Below the pieces are notes generated by a model, which ran no database searches, had not been told where the DNA came from, and was given only the letters and a program-made list of their open reading frames with translations. DNA of 60,451 nucleotides from Gammaproteobacteria bacterium (GTDB taxonomy: Bacteria; Pseudomonadota; Gammaproteobacteria; GCA-002705445; GCA-002716945): positions 1-60,451 of the forward strand of contig JAQWOB010000011.1 in the NCBI GenBank assembly GCA_029246085.1. Reading direction: 5' to 3'. The translations under genes and the position numbers were made by a program. How positions within the stretch are numbered: position 1 is the first letter of the stretch; each line of letters starts with the position of its first letter. Shown here piece by piece: positions 19,428-26,988 of this stretch.

Positions 19428-20009
19428 TTACTCAAAATCATTTAATAATGCAGATTTTGTTTCACTACCTATCTTTATATCACTAGAATAACTATCATGC
19501 GTGGCACCAAAAACAATATTATCAGAAGATTTAAATTTCTCTATGCTATCACTATCAAGTTGAAACCTTAAAAAGTGGACAGCTGATGTTTTTGCATCTC
19601 TAGTTCTTTCGAGATCTTCATCTGAAACTGCAAATATTCTTTTAGAATTATCAATACATAAATAAATACTATTTTCTAAGTCATGTAATTTTTTTAACAT
19701 AACCCTACGCTCTTCTATATCTGGATACATAATAAGCATTGTTGCTTTTAAATTATCTCCATCAGGTATCAATGACGTATAGGCTGAAATTTCCTCATTA
19801 ATATCTGATTCTTTGGATATCTTCTCAATTCTCAACATCTCATGAACCTGATACTTTATCGTATCAAAATCTTCAAATAATAATAATATATTTTCCCCAA
19901 TCATGATTGATCGGTTTTTTTTATGAAGCAATAAGTCAGACTTAATCTGTTCTCTTCCTTTCTCATAATCCTCTAATGATAATAAATTTTTATTTGTTAA
20001 CTCTTTCAT
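19428..20009 (-). CDS. DUF3501 family protein
   Basis: 193 aa. Motifs I remember from DUF3501 are present: LSLEDYEKGR, HKKNR, YQVHEMLRIE, LIPDGDNLKAT and KTSAVHFLRF. It lies 12 nt downstream of the Fe-S protein gene. Confidence 0.7.
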   Translation of the reverse strand: MKELTNKNLLSLEDYEKGREQIKSDLLLHKKNRSIMIGENILLLFEDFDTIKYQVHEMLRIEKISKESDINEEISAYTSLIPDGDNLKATMLIMYPDIEERRVMLKKLHDLENSIYLCIDNSKRIFAVSDEDLERTRDAKTSAVHFLRFQLDSDSIEKFKSSDNIVFGATHDSYSSDIKIGSETKSALLNDFE

Positions 20010-20021
20010 TTTATAATCTCC

Positions 20022-21332
20022 TTATTGTAATCCGTAAGCCTTTCTCATTAATTCAATTGGATGGGTAGGTAATACCTTATTCCCCATTGCGTTAACCACA
20101 TGATGTGCCGCTAATGTACAATCACTAGTGAATTGAGTTGACTGTAATTTTGTATATTCTTTAACTATCGGCATCGCAATCTTTATTGCTATCTCATGAG
20201 TTTCTTTTTTTACACCATACGTCCCATCATGACCAGAACACCTTTCTAAAGCATCTATATTTGTATTAGGGACAAGCTCAAGTATCTTTTTAGTTACCTG
20301 CCCTATGTTTTGTACTCTCTGATGGCAGGCTACTTGATAAAAAACAGAACCCAAATCATTTTTAAAATCCCTCTTTAATGTGCCTTCATTATAAAGTTTT
20401 AATAAGTATTCAAATGGATCACATATCGCCTTAGATACTAATTGTACATCCCTGTTTTCTGGGAAAAGTAGTGGGAGTTCTTGTTTAAACATCAGAACGC
20501 ATGAGGGAACTGGAGCGATGATTCTATAACCATCCTTAGCATATTTTTTAAATTTTAAAAGATTATGTTGCATCATTTTTTCTACAGTCTTAAGATCTCC
20601 TAATTCTAATTTAGGCATGCCACAACACTTATCATCTTTAATTAACTCCACATGAACATTGTTATGCTTTAATACTTTTACCAAGTCATCAATTACACTT
20701 GGTTCATTATAGTTATGATAACAAGTTGTAAATATTGCCACCTTATTATCCAAATTCATTTCATTTGAAATATTCTTATACTTAGATTTTGCGGTATAAG
20801 ACGAAAACTTTGGGAGTTTAGCATTTCTATGAATGCGTAAAATTTTTTCTAAAATTATTCTAAATATTTTTATTTCATTAAAATAATTTATGATAGGAGC
20901 TATTATTTTACGAGACCCTAATTTCCCTAACATATCTGTAGAAGTTAGAATTTTATCTCTAATTGAAGTCTTTGACTTACTATGTTTAATAGCCTTCCCT
21001 CTTAACATTAAATGAGGGAAATCTATACCCCAGTCATGCGGAGGCACATATGGACATTTTGTCAGGTAACATAAATCACAAAGGTAACAATGATCTATAA
21101 CCTTATCAAATTGATCATATGTAACACCATCAACTTCAAAAGTTTTAGATTCATCTATTAAGTCAAATAATGTTGGAAAAGAATTACACAGACTTACGCA
21201 CCGTCTACATCCATGACAGTGATCAGAAACTCTTCGTAACTCTTTTTCAAATAGTTCTTCGTTTAGATAATCTTGATTCTTCCAATCAATGCTAAATCTT
21301 GTTGGTTTTTGTAACCCACCTTCCATATTCAT
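20022..21332 (-). CDS. HdrD/GlpC-like (Fe-S)-binding protein with two ferredoxin-type motifs and CCG (DUF224) domains
   Basis: 436 aa with CHGCRRCVSLCNSFP and CYLCDLCYLTKCPYVPP. It has a CCGMP motif and a second, degenerate Cys-rich domain (CSGHDG ... SDC). Confidence 0.85.
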   Translation of the reverse strand: MNMEGGLQKPTRFSIDWKNQDYLNEELFEKELRRVSDHCHGCRRCVSLCNSFPTLFDLIDESKTFEVDGVTYDQFDKVIDHCYLCDLCYLTKCPYVPPHDWGIDFPHLMLRGKAIKHSKSKTSIRDKILTSTDMLGKLGSRKIIAPIINYFNEIKIFRIILEKILRIHRNAKLPKFSSYTAKSKYKNISNEMNLDNKVAIFTTCYHNYNEPSVIDDLVKVLKHNNVHVELIKDDKCCGMPKLELGDLKTVEKMMQHNLLKFKKYAKDGYRIIAPVPSCVLMFKQELPLLFPENRDVQLVSKAICDPFEYLLKLYNEGTLKRDFKNDLGSVFYQVACHQRVQNIGQVTKKILELVPNTNIDALERCSGHDGTYGVKKETHEIAIKIAMPIVKEYTKLQSTQFTSDCTLAAHHVVNAMGNKVLPTHPIELMRKAYGLQ

Positions 21333-21361
21333 TCTCCGTGAAATATAAGTAAGTCCTGAAA

Positions 21362-21388
21362 TGTCCCCTCAATAATATCAAGGGGACA
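21362..21388 (-). terminator. GC-rich hairpin between the rubrerythrin and Fe-S protein genes (partial terminator or mRNA-stabilising stem)
   Basis: TGTCCCCT (21362-21369) pairs with AGGGGACA (21381-21388) across an 11-nt loop. On the sense (minus) strand it is followed by AUUUC. It starts 9 nt after the rubrerythrin stop. Confidence 0.4.
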
Positions 21389-21396
21389 AATATTAT

Positions 21397-21816
21397 TTAT
21401 GCCATTGCTTCCAATGCTTTGGTAAACCTATTTGCATGTGAACGCTCAGCTTTTGCTAGTGTCTCAAACCAGTCAGCTATCTCATCAAAACCTTCGTCTC
21501 GAGCAGCTTTAGCCATACCAGGATACATGTCAGTGTATTCATGAGTTTCTCCTGCAATTGCAGCTTTCAAATTCATTTCACTGCTCCCTATTGGTTCACC
21601 AGTAGCTGGATCACCACACTCTTTCTCCAAATACTCTAAATGACCATGTGCATGTCCGGTCTCACCTTCAGCAGTAGACCTAAATACAGATGCCACATCA
21701 TTTTGTCCTTCAACATCAGCTTTTGCTGCGAAGTAAAGATATCTTCTATTTGCTTGTGATTCACCAGCAAATGCATCTTTAAGATTTTGTTCTGTTTTTG
21801 AACCTTTTAAACCCAT
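21397..21816 (-). CDS. Rubrerythrin-family diiron protein without a rubredoxin domain
   Basis: 139 aa four-helix-bundle protein with duplicated E...ExxH ligands (GESQAN...[10 protein letters not shown]; GETHEY...KAERSH). A strong SD (AAGGAG) precedes it. It is visibly more GC-rich than its neighbours. Confidence 0.9.
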   Translation of the reverse strand: MGLKGSKTEQNLKDAFAGESQANRRYLYFAAKADVEGQNDVASVFRSTAEGETGHAHGHLEYLEKECGDPATGEPIGSSEMNLKAAIAGETHEYTDMYPGMAKAARDEGFDEIADWFETLAKAERSHANRFTKALEAMA

Positions 21817-21879
21817 AATATTTCTCCTTATTATTTAATAAATAATCTAAAATAGTTATTAACCAAGATTAATAAATCT

Positions 21880-21898
21880 ATTTAGAATCATTCTAAAT
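21880..21898. promoter_or_regulatory. Candidate Irr operator (iron control element, ICE)
   Basis: Perfect 19-bp palindrome ATTTAGAATCATTCTAAAT. Its core TTTAGAA-TCA-TTCTAAA equals the ICE consensus TTTAGAA-N3-TTCTAAA. It lies 64 nt upstream of the rubrerythrin ATG in the rbr/pyrD divergent spacer. Confidence 0.6.
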
Positions 21899-21947
21899 TT
21901 TATAATAATAAGTGTCAATAGTAATATGTTAAACTAACAAACATAAC

Positions 21948-21960
21948 AATGATTATCATT
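21948..21960. promoter_or_regulatory. Fur-box-like palindrome
   Basis: AATGATTATCATT is a perfect 6-1-6 inverted repeat. It is identical to the core of the classical Fur box (AATGAT-A-ATCATT) except for the unpaired centre. It lies 15 nt upstream of the pyrD ATG. Confidence 0.4.
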
Positions 21961-21974
21961 CTCAATTGCAAATT

Positions 21975-23003
21975 ATGAAAATATCAAAAAGCCTTTTTAG
22001 ACTATATAGAAATACTATATTCATGTTACCTGCTGAAACAGCTCATTCTGTTAGCTTGGCATCTGCAGAATTTTTATATAAATCATGGCTCAAAAATATG
22101 TTTATCGCAGATAGAAAAAGCATGCCAAATAAATTAATGGGGTTAAGTTTTCCTAATAAGCTAGGCTTAGCGGCAGGCTTTGATAAAAATGGAGACTATC
22201 TCAACTTTGATAATAATATTGGCTTAGGTTTTATTGAATTAGGCACTGTTACACCAAAAGCTCAATATGGAAATAGTAAACCAAGAATTTTTAGGTCTAT
22301 CAAAGATACTGCGATAATCAATCATCTTGGCTTTAATAATAAAGGAGTTCAGCACTTAAAAAATAACTTACAACTAATTGAACGGAATCAGCCTATAGGC
22401 ATTAATATTGGGAAAAATAGTAGCACAACAATTGAATTAGCTCATGAAGATTATCAGTACTGTATGAAGGAAATATTTTCTTTGGCTGACTATATAACAT
22501 TAAATATTTCTTCTCCAAACACATCTAGATTGAGAGAATTGCATTCTGATAATTATTTAGATACATTTCTTCATGAAATAAAAAAAACACATTCTGAGTT
22601 AACTAAAAAATATAAAAAAAGAGTCCCTTTAGTATTAAAGATTTCTCCAGATATTAAGGATAATGATTTAGAAATATTATGCAGAAAAATGCTAGATTAT
22701 GAAATAGACGGTGTAATAGCTACTAATACAACTATAGATAAAAACCTTCTTACAGATAAAAGTTATCTTAATAATAAAGGAGGGGTTAGCGGCAAGCCTC
22801 TTTTTAAAAAATCAAATATCTTGATAAAGAATATAAAAAATTTGGTTAAAGATAATATTATTATAGTCGGTGCTGGTGGTATTACATCAAAAGAATCAGC
22901 AGTTGAAAAATTAAGCTCAGGAGCTGACCTACTTCAGTTATATACTGGATTAGTATATTTTGGATTAGATTTAATTAAAGAAATTACCAGGGAAACTAAA
23001 TAA
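21975..23003 (+). CDS. pyrD: Dihydroorotate dehydrogenase (quinone), class 2
   Basis: Carries GLAAGFDKNG, GFIELGTVTPKAQYGNSKPRIFR, NISSPNT and GVIATNTT. The start is taken at the first ATG; the track ORF starts 9 nt earlier at TTG. Confidence 0.9.
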   Translation: MKISKSLFRLYRNTIFMLPAETAHSVSLASAEFLYKSWLKNMFIADRKSMPNKLMGLSFPNKLGLAAGFDKNGDYLNFDNNIGLGFIELGTVTPKAQYGNSKPRIFRSIKDTAIINHLGFNNKGVQHLKNNLQLIERNQPIGINIGKNSSTTIELAHEDYQYCMKEIFSLADYITLNISSPNTSRLRELHSDNYLDTFLHEIKKTHSELTKKYKKRVPLVLKISPDIKDNDLEILCRKMLDYEIDGVIATNTTIDKNLLTDKSYLNNKGGVSGKPLFKKSNILIKNIKNLVKDNIIIVGAGGITSKESAVEKLSSGADLLQLYTGLVYFGLDLIKEITRETK

Positions 23004-23004
23004 A

Positions 23005-23307
23005 TTATTTAGGAGTCCATTTTCCGAAAGAATCTTGTGCTGACTGAGGATTAGTTGATGCTTCGGGACCACTAGAACTTGTTCCAGCTTTGCGTTGCTC
23101 CTCATAAACATACTTAATGAAATCAATTAGTTGGCTTAAAATATCATTTTGGTCCTTTTCAGGTATTCCAGATGTAGCAACAATAGAACCTACTACTGCA
23201 GAAAGATACTGCGCTGCTAAAATAGGGTCTTCATTTTCAGGCTCATAATCAACCAAAACCTTTTGAAGGCCTTTAATTAACTCTGGTTTTAAAACAATCT
23301 CTGCCAT
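23005..23307 (-). CDS. Hypothetical 100-aa protein with a low-complexity Ser/Pro/Gln-rich tail
   Basis: The ORF fills the whole gap between the convergent pyrD and the divergent MBL gene. The N-terminal ~70 aa look helical and the C-terminus (AGTSSSGPEASTNPQSAQ) looks disordered. No family was recognised with confidence. Confidence 0.5.
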   Translation of the reverse strand: MAEIVLKPELIKGLQKVLVDYEPENEDPILAAQYLSAVVGSIVATSGIPEKDQNDILSQLIDFIKYVYEEQRKAGTSSSGPEASTNPQSAQDSFGKWTPK

Positions 23308-23363
23308 AATATTAGATAAGGGTATTTTTATTTGATTAAAGTATTACATAATTGAGGATGATC

Positions 23364-24062
23364 ATGCAACCATTAAAACAATCATATGCGATTAAAACAT
23401 TTGATGTAGGCCCGATGCAAAATCTAATTTATCTGATAACTGACCTAGAAACCCGTCAAACAGCAATTATAGACCCTGCCTGGGATATATCTAGTGTAAA
23501 TAATTATATTAAGGACAATCAATTAGTTCTAAAAAAAATACTTTTAACCCATAGTCACCATGATCATATAAATTCTATTGACAAGATATTAGCTGTCCAT
23601 GATATTGAGATATTCTTGAATTATAAAGAAAAAATTTTTTGGGGAAAAGAGTATGATAATTTTGTGGTAAATCATGGAGGTGACATAATTGAACTTGGGT
23701 CAACAAAAATTAAATCAATACATACTCCTGGTCATACTCCAGGTTCCACATGTTATTATGTTGGAGATAAATTAATAGCCGGAGATACTCTTTTTGTATT
23801 TGGATGTGGAAGATGCGATCTGCATGGAGGAAATCCTGAAGAAATGTTTGAGACTTTAAAAAATCTTAAATCATCACTAGATAAAAATACAATAATATTG
23901 CCTGGACATGATTACTCGGTTAAAAAAGAATCCACTATAGAAGAACAAATAACTGGGAATCCTTTTATGCATTTTCAAGATATAAATAAGTTTATAGAAT
24001 ATAGAATGCATACTCATGATAAAATTAGAGTCTCACCATATGATTCAATATGCAAAACCTAA
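23364..24062 (+). CDS. MBL-fold metallo-hydrolase (GloB / ETHE1-like)
   Basis: Carries THSHHDH, HTPGHTPGS, GDTLFVFGCGRCD and PGHDY. The start is chosen at the ATG 7 nt after GAGGA; the track ORF starts at TTG 23352. Confidence 0.85.
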   Translation: MQPLKQSYAIKTFDVGPMQNLIYLITDLETRQTAIIDPAWDISSVNNYIKDNQLVLKKILLTHSHHDHINSIDKILAVHDIEIFLNYKEKIFWGKEYDNFVVNHGGDIIELGSTKIKSIHTPGHTPGSTCYYVGDKLIAGDTLFVFGCGRCDLHGGNPEEMFETLKNLKSSLDKNTIILPGHDYSVKKESTIEEQITGNPFMHFQDINKFIEYRMHTHDKIRVSPYDSICKT

Positions 24063-24063
24063 G

Positions 24064-24549
24064 TTACTGGTTATTTATTGATGATATTAGCTTATTAAAA
24101 ATCAATGTAGAAGCGGTAGACATCATACCTTTTTTAATATAATCCTCTCTATCGCTATTTCCCATTATATTATTTTCATCGAATGAATAATCTCTATATA
24201 AGATTATTTTATCTTCTACATCACTCTTCCCTGGCGCCTTCAACTGAAATTTAACGGTATATATCAACTCATACTCATTGACCCTGCCAGAAACATTAAT
24301 TGATAACTGTCTTCGATCAAATTCTTCAGACAATATATGTATCCCATGAAGATTAGCGTCTTTAGATCTTGATACTCCTATGTTAGAAGAAGCTAATGAT
24401 GAATTAATAACATTAACTAATTCACTATAATAATTAGATATCACAGATACAGATTTAACGGAAGACGGAACATTTATAGCTCCGCGCATAGAGTAGCCAC
24501 AAGAAGATAGTACGAGTAATATAGAAATAAGTATGATGTTGAATTTCAT
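24064..24549 (-). CDS. lptE: LPS-assembly lipoprotein LptE
   Basis: 161 aa with a lipoprotein signal and lipobox (LLVLSSCGY). It lies immediately downstream of leuS, the conserved proteobacterial arrangement. Confidence 0.75.
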   Translation of the reverse strand: MKFNIILISILLVLSSCGYSMRGAINVPSSVKSVSVISNYYSELVNVINSSLASSNIGVSRSKDANLHGIHILSEEFDRRQLSINVSGRVNEYELIYTVKFQLKAPGKSDVEDKIILYRDYSFDENNIMGNSDREDYIKKGMMSTASTLIFNKLISSINNQ

Positions 24550-24552
24550 TTT

Positions 24553-26988
24553 TTACACAACATAATTAATTAGTTTATTCTTTATGTAGATGATTTTTTT
24601 AATATCGTTATCTTTTAAATAACCATGAATTTTCTCATCTAGGTTTACCATCGCATTAACTTCATCTTCATTTTGATCAGTTTCAATAGTAACCTTTCCT
24701 CTAAGTTTACCATTGATTTGGACTATAATCTCTTTTTTAGATTCTAGTAATGCACTATTATCAATTTTTGGCCAAGTCTCATTGACTAGAGGTGAATTTT
24801 TATCAAGATTATTCCATAACTCTTGACAAATATGAGGAGTAATTGGAGATAGCATTTTAATAATAGTCTCAATACCTTCCAACAATACTTCATTATCAGA
24901 ATCTTTGTTTTGATTATATCTAATCATTTCATTTAATAATTCCATTGATGATGCGATTGCGGTATTAAAACTATTTCTTTCAAAAAGATCATATGTGAAT
25001 TTTTTAATTGTTTTATGTATTTTAGTTCTCATATCTTTAGATTTTTGTAAATCAGGACTTTTTATATTTTCGCGATTAAATATTTTAAAACTTAAAGACC
25101 ATAATCTTTTCAAAAACTTATGTGAACCTTCTATCCCTGAATCAGACCATTCTAGACTCTGTTCTGGAGGAGCAGAAAACATGATGAACAATCTAACCGT
25201 ATCAGCGCCATATTTATCAATAATATCATCTGGGTCAATTGTATTACCCTTTGATTTAGACATTTTAACTCCATCTTGTAAGACCATTCCTTGCGATAAT
25301 AGTGATAAAAAAGGTTCAGAGCTATCTACAATACCAATGTCCCTCATTAATTTATGAAAGAATCTCGCATATAATAAATGCAATATTGCATGTTCTATTC
25401 CACCTATATATTGATCAACTGGCAGCCACTGATTTTTTGATTGGTCCAATAAGCCATCTTTATAATCCGGGGATAAAAATCTCAGGTAGTACCATGATGA
25501 TTCAAAAAAAGTATCAAAAGTATCTGTTTCCCTTACTGCATCTTTACCTGTGTATGGGCACTTAATATATTTCCAAGTTGGATGATTTTCTAATGGATTG
25601 CCATCTTGTGAAAAATCAATATCATCAGGTAACGTAACAGGCAAATCATCTTCTGGTACAGGATAAACCGTTCCATCCTTATGATAGAATACAGGAATTG
25701 GACAGCCCCAATATCTTTGCCTAGAAATACCCCAGTCTCTCAATCTATAATTTACCTTTGGCGCACCTGAATCTATTTTTTCTAAATCTTTCAAGATATT
25801 TTTTTTGGCTAACTTTGAGTCAAGATCTGTATATTTCCCTGAATTAATTAAAGTTCCTTCGCCTACAAAAATATCATCATCAGAATCCATTCCACTCTCT
25901 TTAGAAAGTATGACTTGAGTTATAGGCAGATTATATTTTACTGCAAACTCATTATCTCTAACATCATGACCTGGAACACACATCACACATCCAGTTCCAT
26001 AATCAGATAAAATATAATTAGCTGCCCAGATAGGAACTATAGTTCCATCCAAAGGATTTATCGCAGTCAAACCAGTATCAACACCTTCTTTCTCAATTGC
26101 GCTTATTGTCTCTTCTGACAATTTCAAACTTTTACACTTATCAATAAATTTTGCTAAGACAGGGTTATCTTTTTTCTGATTTTTTAATATAATATGGTCT
26201 GGTGATATTGCTAAAAAATTTACACCAAAAATTGTATCGACTCTAGTTGTATATACTTCTAAAATACTGTCACTATTTGCTATTTTAAATTTAACTAATG
26301 TTCCCTCAGACCTACCAATCCAGTTTTTTTGCATCATTTTTACAGAGGTTGGCCAGCCATTTAAATCTTCTAAATCTTCTAGTAATTCATCTGAATATTC
26401 AGTTATTTTCAAAAACCATTGCGGTATCTCTTTTCTTTCAACAATTGCTCCTGATCTCCAACCTTTTCCATCAACTACCTGCTCATTTGCTAGAACGGTT
26501 TTATCAACTGGGTCCCAGTTTACTTTTGATTTCTTTTTATAGACTAAATTCTTCTCTAATAATTTTATAAAAAACCACTGTTCCCATTCGTAATATTTTG
26601 GATCTGCTGTAGATATTTCATTATCCCAGTCATATGCATAGCCGAGTCTCTTGAGTTGCTCTCGCATATGGTTAATATTCTTTTTTGTCCATTCATGAGG
26701 ATGTATTTTATTTGCTATCGCTGCATTTTCTGCAGGTAACCCAAAAGCATCCCAGCCCATTGGTTGAAATACATTTTTCCCAAGCATTCTTTGTGCTCTA
26801 GAGATTACATCTCCAATTGTATAATTTCTAACATGTCCAATATGCAATTTTCCACTGGGATATGGAAACATGCTTAGGCAATAAAATTTATGATCAGTAG
26901 AACTAAAATCTGTTTTAAAGGAATTATTCTTTTCCCAAAATTTTTGTATATTAATCTCAATATCTTTTGGATTATAATCTTTATTCAT
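24553..26988 (-). CDS. leuS: Leucine--tRNA ligase
   Basis: 811 aa with the HIGH motif (PYPSGKLHIGHVRNY) and the KMSKS motif (VKMSKSKGN). Confidence 0.97.
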   Translation of the reverse strand: MNKDYNPKDIEINIQKFWEKNNSFKTDFSSTDHKFYCLSMFPYPSGKLHIGHVRNYTIGDVISRAQRMLGKNVFQPMGWDAFGLPAENAAIANKIHPHEWTKKNINHMREQLKRLGYAYDWDNEISTADPKYYEWEQWFFIKLLEKNLVYKKKSKVNWDPVDKTVLANEQVVDGKGWRSGAIVERKEIPQWFLKITEYSDELLEDLEDLNGWPTSVKMMQKNWIGRSEGTLVKFKIANSDSILEVYTTRVDTIFGVNFLAISPDHIILKNQKKDNPVLAKFIDKCKSLKLSEETISAIEKEGVDTGLTAINPLDGTIVPIWAANYILSDYGTGCVMCVPGHDVRDNEFAVKYNLPITQVILSKESGMDSDDDIFVGEGTLINSGKYTDLDSKLAKKNILKDLEKIDSGAPKVNYRLRDWGISRQRYWGCPIPVFYHKDGTVYPVPEDDLPVTLPDDIDFSQDGNPLENHPTWKYIKCPYTGKDAVRETDTFDTFFESSWYYLRFLSPDYKDGLLDQSKNQWLPVDQYIGGIEHAILHLLYARFFHKLMRDIGIVDSSEPFLSLLSQGMVLQDGVKMSKSKGNTIDPDDIIDKYGADTVRLFIMFSAPPEQSLEWSDSGIEGSHKFLKRLWSLSFKIFNRENIKSPDLQKSKDMRTKIHKTIKKFTYDLFERNSFNTAIASSMELLNEMIRYNQNKDSDNEVLLEGIETIIKMLSPITPHICQELWNNLDKNSPLVNETWPKIDNSALLESKKEIIVQINGKLRGKVTIETDQNEDEVNAMVNLDEKIHGYLKDNDIKKIIYIKNKLINYVV

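Noticed and set aside
21397-21816. Higher GC content of the rubrerythrin gene as evidence of horizontal transfer
   Set aside because: Ribosomal-protein genes in the same window show a similar GC rise. The signal is therefore equally explained by high expression or amino-acid composition. It is not used as independent evidence.
18101-24062. Mobile genomic island interpretation of the lptE-holA insertion
   Set aside because: No integrase, transposase, tRNA target, phage genes or flanking direct repeats are visible, and the block contains the housekeeping gene pyrD. Only a synteny break is claimed.
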